Origin: a virus
Reading direction: 5' to 3' (one strand)
DNA: 64,000 nucleotides
Virus record (IMG/VR): IMGVR_UViG_3300031452_000003
Coordinates: 866-64,865 of that record
In this document: positions 54,713 through 63,499 of the stretch, in pieces
How the letters are laid out: each line of letters begins with the position of its first letter
Position numbering within the stretch: the first letter of the stretch is position 1
Position numbers and translations under genes: made by a program
The notes under the pieces: generated by a model
The model's database searches: none
Told to the model about the DNA's origin: nothing
The model's input: the letters and a program-made list of their open reading frames with translations, nothing else

Positions 54713-55408
54713 TTAACCGGGGGAGGAACCGCTGGCCTCCGTTTCACCGGCGGTAACGTTAGAAACGAAGCGTGTATGCTCGCATGGCAACAAGAGCCAG
54801 TGCGCTCCGCCAGAGAGGCGCACGATGCGCGGGTGGTTTTCGAGAATGTCTTGACAGTGAGATGTTCCGATTTTCGCGTAAGCGTCAGGCGTATTGATTG
54901 CCTGATAAAATCCAGCGGAGTTGAAAACCTGTTCGGGGCCGCCGAATTCTGTAATCGCCACCTGCACCGCGTCCATAACGGCCTCTTTGCCGAAGTCCGT
55001 GCCGACCAGTTTTCGCCATCGCCAGTCGGCCCAGGCGCGCTCGACGGCTTCCAGAAGGCTTGTCCCACTCTCGCCCTTGCCGATGTTGTTTTCGTAACTG
55101 CCGAACGTGACGACGTTATCGCCGTCGTGCCCGAGGTAGATGTCAACCCGAAATATCCCGTTGTGCTGGCGGCGGATTTTATCGGCAATCTCAATCGCCT
55201 GTGCATTTGTATCGTTCATCTCTTGCAAATGGCGTTCCCCGTCCCTCAGGCCCGCCATCAGGTTCACGACCTCGGGGAAAAGCGCGGGATGAATGTCTAC
55301 ACTCTCCTGTGCGACGACGAGACGCAGGCTGTCTCCGACAGAGAAGGCGCGGAGTCCGTATTCCTGCCCGTCCACGGTCACGCGGAAGGTTTCGTCAGTA
55401 TGTTGCAT
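54713..55408 (-). CDS. Hypothetical protein (lower GC)
   Basis: 231-aa ORF with natural amino-acid composition. Confidence 0.6.
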   Translation of the reverse strand: MQHTDETFRVTVDGQEYGLRAFSVGDSLRLVVAQESVDIHPALFPEVVNLMAGLRDGERHLQEMNDTNAQAIEIADKIRRQHNGIFRVDIYLGHDGDNVVTFGSYENNIGKGESGTSLLEAVERAWADWRWRKLVGTDFGKEAVMDAVQVAITEFGGPEQVFNSAGFYQAINTPDAYAKIGTSHCQDILENHPRIVRLSGGAHWLLLPCEHTRFVSNVTAGETEASGSSPG

Positions 55409-55530
55409 CGTGTTTCCAATCTAGCCTCTCGTCACAGGGCGAATCCACACCCATTCTGTTTTTCGATGACTCGGCGGGCGAAGGGACGGAGGGAGACGCC
55501 CGAAGCCTATGGCTTTAGCCGGGCAGAGCA

Positions 55531-55896
55531 TCACCGGCTGCGCCTCCCCGACCGTCTCAGAACCCGGACGCTCCCCAGAACCCGGACGCGCGCCGAGACG
55601 CGCCCCACGCGCCTAAAACGGTCGCCCATAAGCCGCGCCGCCGCCGGCTCCGACAGGTCACAGTCGGAGCCGTGCCCAATGCGGTCACAGACGGTCACGA
55701 CCACGCGCCGCCCGCCGCGCGAGGTCAGCAGCAGCCGCGTCCCCAGCGGATAGCGGTTCGAGGCGCAGAAGAAGCCGCGCCGGGCGTTCTGTCCGTAGGT
55801 TCTCCCGTTCGCGGCCCTGCCGTCGGGCGCGTACCACGTCACCGAAGGGCGCAGGGGGCGGGACAAAAGGGCGGCGAGGGCAAGGGCGTGTATCAA
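55531..55896 (-). CDS. RlpA-like double-psi beta-barrel protein
   Basis: TWY...ANG...ASNRYPLGTRL...VVVTVCDR...DLSEPAA. Start approximate. Confidence 0.7.
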   Translation of the reverse strand: MIHALALAALLSRPLRPSVTWYAPDGRAANGRTYGQNARRGFFCASNRYPLGTRLLLTSRGGRRVVVTVCDRIGHGSDCDLSEPAAARLMGDRFRRVGRVSARVRVLGSVRVLRRSGRRSR

Positions 55897-55906
55897 GTCT
55901 TTGTCT

Positions 55907-56170
55907 TCATCGCTGACAATGCCGCGATTCGGACAATGCCTCGTCGTACTCTCGGTCGGGGACGAAGGACGGGTTCGCGGGGTTACAGAAGTCGTCCCAG
56001 TGCTCCTCCGCGACCCCCTGGCCCCGCGCAAAGGCCTCGCGCTCGGTCGTCTCGGCATCGAACTCGTAGAGACGTCCACCGTCAGGTGCCGTCACGACGA
56101 CCTGATATTTCTCGACCGGCAGGAGGCTGATGGTGTAGCCCTCCCATTCCTGCGTGTAGACGACGCTCAT
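55907..56170 (-). CDS. Hypothetical protein
   Basis: 87-aa acidic ORF coupled to its neighbours. Confidence 0.55.
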   Translation of the reverse strand: MSVVYTQEWEGYTISLLPVEKYQVVVTAPDGGRLYEFDAETTEREAFARGQGVAEEHWDDFCNPANPSFVPDREYDEALSESRHCQR

Positions 56171-56544
56171 GCCCAGTACTCTCCCTTGGCGTCTTCATCG
56201 CCTCGCTGGGCGGATTTGTCCGCTCGCCCGGCGAGTGTTTCCCGGCGCAGAGAAACGTCGCTTCCGGCTTCCGCCCTGTGGCGCGCGGAGGCCCGGCGGA
56301 GGGCGTCGTCGTGCCAGGACAGCTCATCATGGGCGAAGTAAAACGAGGCGGCGGCGGCCAGGCCCAGCAGCCCCGTCGAGAGGCCCGACCACCACGGCGG
56401 CAGGGCCGCATACAGCCACGCCCCCAAGGCCAGCAGGCCCGACCCCGTCACGAGGAAGAGGTAGTGCCCGGCAAGTGTCGGCTCGTCAGGCACGGCCAGC
56501 CCCTCATCCGTCATCTCATCCGTCATCATCTCGTCCAGTTTCAT
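56167..56544 (-). CDS. Membrane protein
   Basis: Two hydrophobic segments. Confidence 0.55.
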   Translation of the reverse strand: MKLDEMMTDEMTDEGLAVPDEPTLAGHYLFLVTGSGLLALGAWLYAALPPWWSGLSTGLLGLAAAASFYFAHDELSWHDDALRRASARHRAEAGSDVSLRRETLAGRADKSAQRGDEDAKGEYWA

Positions 56545-56560
56545 GTTCACGTCCAGTCTT

Positions 56561-57271
56561 CTAGCCCCGAACGGGGTACTTGACGGCCCTCGGCTTGGGC
56601 GCGGGAACCGGGCCACCCGTCAGCATCGCCGCCGCCGTCGGGCGACGCTTGGCGTTCGCCGCCACCGTCGCCCGACGCTTGGCGTTCGCCGCCAGCCGCG
56701 CGGCGTCGCCCTGACGCCTGTGCGCGGTGGGCGCTGCCGTGTGCGCGAGCATCGCGGGCAGCGGGGCGCGCGGCGCGGCTGGCGTGGGCAGCAGGCGGTA
56801 GTACCAGAGCACGGCGGCCCACGCCTCGGCGTCAGTCGTGCAGCGCAGCGCCAGAACGCCCTGCGAGGCATAGAAAGCGGCGAACCGCTTCTGAGGCTCT
56901 TCCAGCGTCTTGCCCGCCGCCTTCATTTCAATGGTCAGCCCGGTCCACCCGCCACGGCACAGGTCCCAGTGCAGGTCGTGGACGCCCCGCGTCGCCCCCT
57001 CCCGCGCCATCCTGGCTGCCGTGGCCGCCGTCGTCCGGGTGGAGTTCGGGACGCTGTGGAAAAAGGCCAGCTCGGGCATGGCGGCGGCGTGGGCGCGGAC
57101 CTCGCGCATGAGGCGCTGCTGGTGGTCGCTCTCGTCCGGCCCCGCCGCCGCCTTCGGGGATATTGCTCGCGCGGGGCGCGGGGCACGGGGCGCGGGATGG
57201 CCGGGGCGCGGGGAACCCGGACGGGCGGGCGGGCGGGCCGGAGGCCGACTCGCGGCGGGTGGGCGACTCAA
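56561..57271 (-). CDS. VRR-NUC domain nuclease (resolvase-like)
   Basis: ESDHQ...HSVPN...G..RGVHDL...IEMKAAG...Q. TTG start overlaps the upstream TGA. Confidence 0.8.
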   Translation of the reverse strand: MSRPPAASRPPARPPARPGSPRPGHPAPRAPRPARAISPKAAAGPDESDHQQRLMREVRAHAAAMPELAFFHSVPNSTRTTAATAARMAREGATRGVHDLHWDLCRGGWTGLTIEMKAAGKTLEEPQKRFAAFYASQGVLALRCTTDAEAWAAVLWYYRLLPTPAAPRAPLPAMLAHTAAPTAHRRQGDAARLAANAKRRATVAANAKRRPTAAAMLTGGPVPAPKPRAVKYPVRG

Positions 57272-57897
57272 TTCCAGGCCCCCCGCCCGCGCCGCACCGA
57301 ACGGCGATTCGCACGGCCACCCAGCGTGTCCCGCACTCTCCGCTGCGCGTCTTCTATTGTCAGGCCGCCTTGTATTGCCGTGGCTATCAGCATGGCCTTG
57401 ACGACGGTATTCGCCACCTCCCAGCGCGTCCTGCCCGCCACGCACGGGATGAGCATGGGGCAGCCGCCCGTCATCGCCGCCTCGGAACAACCGAGGCAGG
57501 GGCAAACGCCTATCGCCTCCGGCGCGCATCCGTAGACCGCTTGGCAGGCGTCCATGACCGCGACGCGCAGGGGTTCCCACTCGGCTTCCGACGCGGGTAC
57601 GGTTCCCGGCCCACGGACACAAACGACCAGCCGGGCCGGCGGCGGCACACGCCCCGCCACGCCCCCCTCGGGCAGCACCCACGCCTCGGCGTTCACCGTC
57701 AGTAGGATTAAGCCCAACCCGGTCGCCGCGTCGTAGACACTCCCCGGCACCGTGACCCACTGGGCGTCCGTCGCGGCGTCGGCAAAACCGCCGTGGGAGA
57801 GCGAGTCGTCGCCCGTCAGCATCGCCGCCGCCGCGCCCATGCCCGCCCCCGTCTTCCCGCCGTCCTGTCCGTTTTTGCCGTCCTGTCCGTTTTCCAT
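57268..57897 (-). CDS. Hypothetical protein
   Basis: First gene after the promoter at 57943-57972. Confidence 0.55.
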   Translation of the reverse strand: MENGQDGKNGQDGGKTGAGMGAAAAMLTGDDSLSHGGFADAATDAQWVTVPGSVYDAATGLGLILLTVNAEAWVLPEGGVAGRVPPPARLVVCVRGPGTVPASEAEWEPLRVAVMDACQAVYGCAPEAIGVCPCLGCSEAAMTGGCPMLIPCVAGRTRWEVANTVVKAMLIATAIQGGLTIEDAQRRVRDTLGGRANRRSVRRGRGAWN

Positions 57898-57928
57898 GCG
57901 TCCCCTCCCGTCGTTTCGGCCCGGTTTA

Positions 57929-57996
57929 TTGCTAACGTATCTATTATAGCAAACCCCGGAACCGGATGTCAAGCGATTGTCCGTTTTTCTAGGACG
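57929..57996 (-). promoter_or_regulatory. Sigma70 promoter with both an ACGTTAGCAA box and an upstream operator
   Basis: TTGACA-18-TATAAT-4-ACGTTAGCAA. CGTCC-TAGAAAAAC-GGACA at 57978-57996. Confidence 0.8.
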
Positions 57997-58065
57997 ATTT
58001 TACGGCCCATTCTAACACGTTTCTGCGGGCGGCGCAACCGCCCACGGGCGCGGCGAAAACCCCGG

Positions 58066-58548
58066 TCACAGGTCGAACAGGCTGCCCGTCCCTGCCGCGC
58101 CCCGCGCGGTGGCCGTGGCGGGCGTGTGCGGGGCGTCTAGGGGGCATTGCGGGGCTTCGTAGGGCGGGACGCCGTTCTTCGCCCAGCGGCCCAGCGGCAC
58201 CGCCACCTGCGGCTCAAAGCCTCGCCGGGGGTCGAACCCGTAGAGCAGCGCGTCCGCGCGGCTCACGCGGTAGGTGTCGCGGCAGTCCGAATCATACACC
58301 TGCAAAAAATCGAACTTACCGGCGTAGGTATCGAGCACCCACGCCTGGAACGCGATGGCGGGCGGCGTGTGCAGGAAATGGACCGAACGCCGGACGCGCT
58401 TGTGGAGGACGCGGCCAGAGATGTAGCCGTAGAGTCGAGAGTCCTGCCGGTAGACGCGCGTACTTTCTGGGGATGGACCCCCCTCACGGGGCTTGTCACC
58501 CTCACGGGGCTTGGGACGCTTGGCGGCGGCGGCGCTGATGGTGGTCAT
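58066..58548 (-). CDS. Conserved hypothetical phage protein
   Basis: KRVRRSVHFLHTPPAIAF...RGFEPQVAVPLGRW. Confidence 0.6.
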   Translation of the reverse strand: MTTISAAAAKRPKPREGDKPREGGPSPESTRVYRQDSRLYGYISGRVLHKRVRRSVHFLHTPPAIAFQAWVLDTYAGKFDFLQVYDSDCRDTYRVSRADALLYGFDPRRGFEPQVAVPLGRWAKNGVPPYEAPQCPLDAPHTPATATARGAAGTGSLFDL

Positions 58549-58624
58549 GGTCGATTCCCTCCTCACAGGGGTCACGGTCACAATCGGTCGAAGAAAAAGG
58601 GCGTCACGGCTCGTCAAGAAAGCG

Positions 58625-60085
58625 TCACGGCTTGTCCAGGAACAGGGCGAAACGCTCCATGAAGTCGAGGCGAACGGTGCCCTGGGGGCCGTTCCGGTGC
58701 TTGCGGAAGATGAGTTCGGCGGGCACCGGAACGGGCAGGGGGGCGAAGCCGTCCGTCTCGAAGGGCGCGGACTTGTCGCCGAACACATCCTCGCGGTAGA
58801 GGAAGGCCACGATGTCCGCGTCCTGCTCTATCTGCCCCGTCTCACGGATGTCGGCGAGGTCCGGGCGTTTGTCGGCGCGCAGGGTGCTCGCGCGGTTGAG
58901 CTGCGAGAGGGCGATGAGCGGCACGTCGAACTCCCGCGCCAGCCCCTTCAGCTCGATGCTCACCTCGGTCAGCTCCTGCAAACGGTCCCGCGTGGGCCGG
59001 TCGGCGCGCATGAGCTGCAAATAGTCCACGCCAATCAGGCCCAGCCCCCCGTGACGGCGGGCGAACTTGCGGGCCTCAGCGCGCATATAGGCCGGGGTCG
59101 CGCCGCTCCGGTCGTTCACCTCCAGCGGGATGCCGTAAAGCCACGACGCCGTGTGGATGTAGCGGTCGTACTCGTCCGGCTGCATCCTGCCGGACCGGAG
59201 CCGGTGGTTGTCGAGCCGCGCCTCGGAGCAGACGACGCGCAGCATGACCTCCTCCTGGCTCATCTCCATCGAGAACAGCAGGACGGGGACGCCCTGACGC
59301 GCGACGTGGGCGCAGATGCCCGTCAGCAGGGCCGACTTCCCCACGCCCGGCCTCGCGCCGATGACCAGGAAGTTCGGGGCCTGGAGTCCGTTGGTCATCC
59401 GGTCCACGGCGGCAAGCCCCGTCGTCAGCCCGAGCATCGCGCGCGGGTCCTCGGCCCGGCGCTCGATTTTCTCCGTCAGCTCCCACAGGATGTCGCGGGC
59501 CGAGCGGGACTGCGGCGAGTCAGGGAGCGGTGCGCGCGCCGTCAGGGCGTCGAGCATCGCCGCTAGGTCCTCGACGCCCGCGCCCCGCGCCGACGCCTCC
59601 ACCACGGACACCGCGCCCTCGGCCATGCGCCGCCGCTCCGCCGCCGCCCGGACCCGCCGGGCATACTCGGGGGCCATGACCTGCGCGGCGTCGAACGTGA
59701 CGACGGAGAGCACATAGGCCCGGCCCCCGCAGTCGGCGAGGCGGCCCGACGTTTCGGCGTCTTCAATCAGCACAAGCCAGTCCAGCAGCGGCCCGCGTGA
59801 CGACGACTCGGCCAGCAGTGAGAACAGGGCCGCGTGGTGGGGGCGGGCGAAGTCTCCCGGCACCATCTCCTGCGCCCACCGCTCGCGCTCCTCGGGCCAG
59901 ACGACCATGCAGGCGAGCAGGGCGGCCTCGGATTCCAGGGCCGAGGGCGGGGAGTAGGCCGCGAGCGGGCCGTAGTCCACCGGGCCGTAGTCCTGAGTCC
60001 GGCAGTCCTGCATCCGCAGGGAGGGCGGGCGCGTCGGGCGGGGGCTATCAGAGGCGCGGGCATCACCGGGGGCAGAGTTGTTCAC
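58625..60085 (-). CDS. dnaB: Replicative DNA helicase, DnaB family
   Basis: GARPGVGKS, FSMEM, GVDYLQL, LSQLNR and DLADIRETGQIEQDAD. Confidence 0.97.
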   Translation of the reverse strand: MNNSAPGDARASDSPRPTRPPSLRMQDCRTQDYGPVDYGPLAAYSPPSALESEAALLACMVVWPEERERWAQEMVPGDFARPHHAALFSLLAESSSRGPLLDWLVLIEDAETSGRLADCGGRAYVLSVVTFDAAQVMAPEYARRVRAAAERRRMAEGAVSVVEASARGAGVEDLAAMLDALTARAPLPDSPQSRSARDILWELTEKIERRAEDPRAMLGLTTGLAAVDRMTNGLQAPNFLVIGARPGVGKSALLTGICAHVARQGVPVLLFSMEMSQEEVMLRVVCSEARLDNHRLRSGRMQPDEYDRYIHTASWLYGIPLEVNDRSGATPAYMRAEARKFARRHGGLGLIGVDYLQLMRADRPTRDRLQELTEVSIELKGLAREFDVPLIALSQLNRASTLRADKRPDLADIRETGQIEQDADIVAFLYREDVFGDKSAPFETDGFAPLPVPVPAELIFRKHRNGPQGTVRLDFMERFALFLDKP

Positions 60086-61020
60086 GATGTCATCCTCTCA
60101 GAGGGCGACTGCTTCGCACCCAAGTTTGCGTCCAGACGCAGGGCGTGGTCGAGGCCGAAGTTCCGCACGAAACCGGGGTCGGCAGCGAAGGAGTAGGCAG
60201 GGGGGGCGTCCGATGCGGCAACGGGCGGCGGAGCAGATGACGGGGCGGGCGGGGCGTCCTCCCACCGGCGACCGTTCAGAAACGTCGCGGGGTGCGGGAT
60301 AAACCGTCCCTCATCCCGCACCCAGGACTCGGTGAGCGCCAGGCGGCCCACGGCGGCGCAGAGTTCAGCTTGCAGGGCGGGTTCGGCTTGCAGGACATTC
60401 CAGGCGCGGACGGCGGCGAGGCGGGCGACTCGGCGGGGGTAGACCTCCCAGAACGCCGTGAACCCGGCGGGGTCATGGTCACACGCCCGCCCCGGCTTTC
60501 CCCGGCCCCGGTCTTTGCTCTGGACGGCAAGGACCGGGGCCGGGCCGTCCGATTCTGCCGGGCTTTCCTCAGTGTTCCCGACGCCCCCCTCACCCCCTCC
60601 TTTGGGGGGTAAGGGGGTATGTTGTATAGTGTCTGTTGTGGGCGCAATTTTTGCGCCCCCTACCGGCGCAATTTTTGCGCCCCCTACCCCGGTGGAGCGG
60701 GCGCGGAGGGTGTCCGTCACGGAGGCACCATCGTCCACGTTGAGTTCGTATTCGCTGGCCGTCACGCCGTCCCCAGACGGCCTTACCGCCAGCATACCGG
60801 CGGCGGCCAGTGAGTCGCAGGCCACCTGTATCGTGCGCCGCGACAGGCCGGTTCCGGCCATCATCTGCGAAATCCCTATCCGGTCGGCGTCCTTGCGCCA
60901 GCCGAACGTCTTACGGGCGACCATCATCACGACGGCGAGTTCGGAGCCGGACAGGAAGGGCATCCAGTCGTCCAGGATAACGTCCGGGACCTGGGTGCTG
61001 TTGGGGCGCATTCCGCTCAT
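60082..61020 (-). CDS. Phage replication initiator (lambda O-like N-terminus)
   Basis: PNSTQVPD...ARKTFGWRK..DRI..SQ, internal iterons, FWEVYPR...HPATFLNGRRWED. Confidence 0.85.
   Translation of the reverse strand: MSGMRPNSTQVPDVILDDWMPFLSGSELAVVMMVARKTFGWRKDADRIGISQMMAGTGLSRRTIQVACDSLAAAGMLAVRPSGDGVTASEYELNVDDGASVTDTLRARSTGVGGAKIAPVGGAKIAPTTDTIQHTPLPPKGGGEGGVGNTEESPAESDGPAPVLAVQSKDRGRGKPGRACDHDPAGFTAFWEVYPRRVARLAAVRAWNVLQAEPALQAELCAAVGRLALTESWVRDEGRFIPHPATFLNGRRWEDAPPAPSSAPPPVAASDAPPAYSFAADPGFVRNFGLDHALRLDANLGAKQSPSERMTS
60641..60688. repeat. Iteron-like origin: two copies of a 24-nt repeat, each with an internal palindrome
   Basis: GGCGCAATTTTTGCGCCCCCTACC twice, inside the initiator gene. 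Confidence 0.8.
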
Positions 61021-61179
61021 TCGCATCCTCTGTTCATTCGCATCCTCTGTTCATTCGCATCCTCTGTGCGTTCGCATCCTCTGTGGTCGTGTGTATCGGC
61101 GAGTGATATTCCTCGCATGGCGAGTATGACCCGGCGGAATTAACGGCCCCGCCCGTGCGGGGCCGCGAGGGCGGCGGCC

Positions 61180-61449
61180 TCATCCGACTCGGTGGTAGGC
61201 GCAGGTGGGGGCCGTCCCTAGGCTCTCCCAGCACTCGATTCGGCGCAGGTAGCCCTTCCCGCCCACGTAGTAGATATTGGAGACCAGTTCGCCGCCGCAC
61301 TGGGGGCACACCCCGCGCACCCAGTCCGGGTGGGGCCGGTCGGGCGGGGGGCTGGGCAGCGCGCCCCTGGCCTCATCCACCGTGGCCGCCTCGATGACGC
61401 CGTTCATTGGAGCTATTCGCCTGCCCACGGGGGCTGTAGGGCCGCTCAT
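61180..61449 (-). CDS. Zn-ribbon protein
   Basis: CPQC...YVGGKGY...C...C. Confidence 0.65.
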   Translation of the reverse strand: MSGPTAPVGRRIAPMNGVIEAATVDEARGALPSPPPDRPHPDWVRGVCPQCGGELVSNIYYVGGKGYLRRIECWESLGTAPTCAYHRVG

Positions 61450-61832
61450 GGTTGCCCCCCGAGTTCTGCTTCCCACGACGTCAGGGTCGCGTCGAGTGCC
61501 GGCAGGAGGTCAATCAGCCTCCCTGCCCGGTGCGCGCGCAGCACGATGGCCGTCCATCGCGCGTACAGCGATGCGGCCAAGGTGGAGCCGCTCGGGCAGA
61601 GCGCCGTAACCGGATACGCCCCACTCTGCAATAGCCGCCTGTTCATGGCCGGGAGGTTCATGCCAAGCTCCGCCGCGAGGGACGTTATCGACTCGCCCCA
61701 TACCGTGCGATGGGCAAGCCCCGTGAGTTCGTCCGAGGTGAAAACCGGCGGGGCCACCGGCCTTGACTGCCCCGCCGCGTCCTTCCGTCTGCCCGTTCGC
61801 GGTCCCGCCCTCTGCGCCGTCGCTGTTGACAT
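61446..61832 (-). CDS. Cro-like HTH protein
   Basis: SITSLAAELGMNLPAMNRRL. First gene of the early leftward operon, divergent from the repressor. Confidence 0.6.
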   Translation of the reverse strand: MSTATAQRAGPRTGRRKDAAGQSRPVAPPVFTSDELTGLAHRTVWGESITSLAAELGMNLPAMNRRLLQSGAYPVTALCPSGSTLAASLYARWTAIVLRAHRAGRLIDLLPALDATLTSWEAELGGQP

Positions 61833-61857
61833 ATGTACCTTCCTCGTCCGGCCAATG

Positions 61858-61965
61858 CGTCCTAGAAACTCAAACGTCCTAGAAAACCGGACGGATTATT
61901 GTAGCACGACCCGCTTCCCCTGTCAAGCATCGTCCGAATAAATAACTCGTTTATTTATTCGGACG
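61858..61965. promoter_or_regulatory. Immunity switch region: leftward promoter plus four operator-like sites
   Basis: Minus-strand TTGACA(61926)-17-TACAAT. CGTCC-N9-RRACG-like sites at 61858, 61875, 61931 and 61947. 15-bp inverted repeat at 61931-61965. Confidence 0.8.
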
Positions 61966-62006
61966 CCGCGTAGAACTGTAACCAAACCAATAGGTCGCGT
62001 GTCAAC

Positions 62007-62996
62007 ATGATTATGGATATGCACACTCGCCCGGTGAGCGGCCTCCCTGCGAGCGTCCACCCAGGGGGCGACTTTGCCGCGAGCGCCTCCCGCCTGCTCT
62101 CTAGGAGATTGACGCCCATGCCACCCGACGACTATGTGCCACCCGACGACTATGTGCCACCCGACGACTATGTGCCACCCGACGACTATGTGCCACCCGA
62201 CGACCACGGGGCCGATAGACCGGGCCGGAACGGGCAACCGGAAACGGTTCGGCGGCCCCTCACCAAGCGCCAGCTCGACCGCCCCATCTACGGTCCGTAC
62301 CGCGAGTTCGGGGCCGAGGTGCGACGCCTGCTCGGGGCGACGCCCGGCGCGTCCCGCCCCTACCTCTCACTCAAAGCCGCCGAGCGCCGCACGGGCGTCA
62401 GCGGCTCGACCATCGCCCTCATGGCCCACGGGGAAAAGGTCCGCGAGACCTCCATCGTGCAGTTCGCGGCGGGCCTGGGCGAAGACCCCCGGCGGCTGCT
62501 GAACCTCGCTGGGCGGCTGACGCCCGACGACGTGAGCGCCGCCATCACGGGACCCGTGCGCCGCGACCCCCTGCTCGCGGCGGGGGACGAGGTGGCCCTG
62601 TCCGCCCTGGACGCCCCCCTCTCGGACGCCTACGCGAGCGCGGGCGAGCCGCTGACGACGGCGGCCATCGAGTCGGCCCGCCAGCCGCTTTCCGAGTTCC
62701 TGCCGGGCGGCATCCGGGCCATTCGCGTCCGGGGAGGGTGCATGGAGCCGCTGTTCCGGGACGGCGACGTGCTGCTGGTGCGTCCCGCGTCCACCGCCCA
62801 CACGGGCGACGCCGTGGTCGCGCGCGTCGGCAGCGAGACGGTGAGCTGCAAGGTGTTCCAGCACACGGACGCGGGCGACCTTCTCACGGCAGAGGGAGGC
62901 GACGGTCCGCGCGTCCGCATCAGCGCCGACTTCGAGATACTGGGCGTGGTTGAGGGCTATATCCGGCTCAAAGGGCGCGGCGCGTGGCCCTCGTGA
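62007..62996 (+). CDS. CI/LexA-like repressor (HTH plus S24 domain)
   Basis: LSLKAAERRTGVS..TI HTH, AAG candidate cleavage site, VRGGCMEP...DGD...CKVF. The true start may be 62118. Confidence 0.85.
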   Translation: MIMDMHTRPVSGLPASVHPGGDFAASASRLLSRRLTPMPPDDYVPPDDYVPPDDYVPPDDYVPPDDHGADRPGRNGQPETVRRPLTKRQLDRPIYGPYREFGAEVRRLLGATPGASRPYLSLKAAERRTGVSGSTIALMAHGEKVRETSIVQFAAGLGEDPRRLLNLAGRLTPDDVSAAITGPVRRDPLLAAGDEVALSALDAPLSDAYASAGEPLTTAAIESARQPLSEFLPGGIRAIRVRGGCMEPLFRDGDVLLVRPASTAHTGDAVVARVGSETVSCKVFQHTDAGDLLTAEGGDGPRVRISADFEILGVVEGYIRLKGRGAWPS

Positions 62997-63107
62997 CCAT
63001 GCCCGTGACCATGCCCGTGACCATGCCCGTGACCATGCCGGTGACCATGCCCGTGACCATGCCCGTGACCATGCCCGTGACCATGCCGGTGACCATGCCC
63101 GTGACGC
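62993..63107 (+). repeat. About 9.5 tandem copies of GTGACCATGCCC
   Basis: Read directly. Encodes (VTMP)9. Confidence 0.95.
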
Positions 63108-63133
63108 CCCCCCCCGAAAAGGAAACCCGCACT

Positions 63134-63499
63134 ATGCCCCACCTGACGGACGCCGACCCCCGGTTCGCGGCGGCCCAAGCCATCAGCCGCCGCATCCAGG
63201 ACCGCCGCCGCCACTTGCGCCTGACGCAGCAGGACCTCGCCGAGCGCCTCGGCGAGCCGCTGGGGACGGTCAACCGCTGGGACGGCGGCCACAACGTCAT
63301 CAGCAGCCTCGACCTCGTGGCCGTCGCCCGCGCTTTGGGCACGAGCGCGGGGCACCTGCTGGGCGAGGTCACTGAGGCGGAGATGGCCGACGAGGCGCTG
63401 CTCGCCCAGTACCGCGCCCTTCCCGCGCCCGCACAGGCCGCCGCCCGCGCCGTCCTGTCCGCCCTGTTCGAGCAGGCGGAGGCCGGGCGTCTGGGCTAA
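63134..63499 (+). CDS. XRE-family HTH regulator (extended ORF 62984..63499 also open)
   Basis: IQDRRRHLRLTQQDLAERLGEPLGTVNRWDGG...LVAVARALGTS. Confidence 0.85.
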   Translation: MPHLTDADPRFAAAQAISRRIQDRRRHLRLTQQDLAERLGEPLGTVNRWDGGHNVISSLDLVAVARALGTSAGHLLGEVTEAEMADEALLAQYRALPAPAQAAARAVLSALFEQAEAGRLG

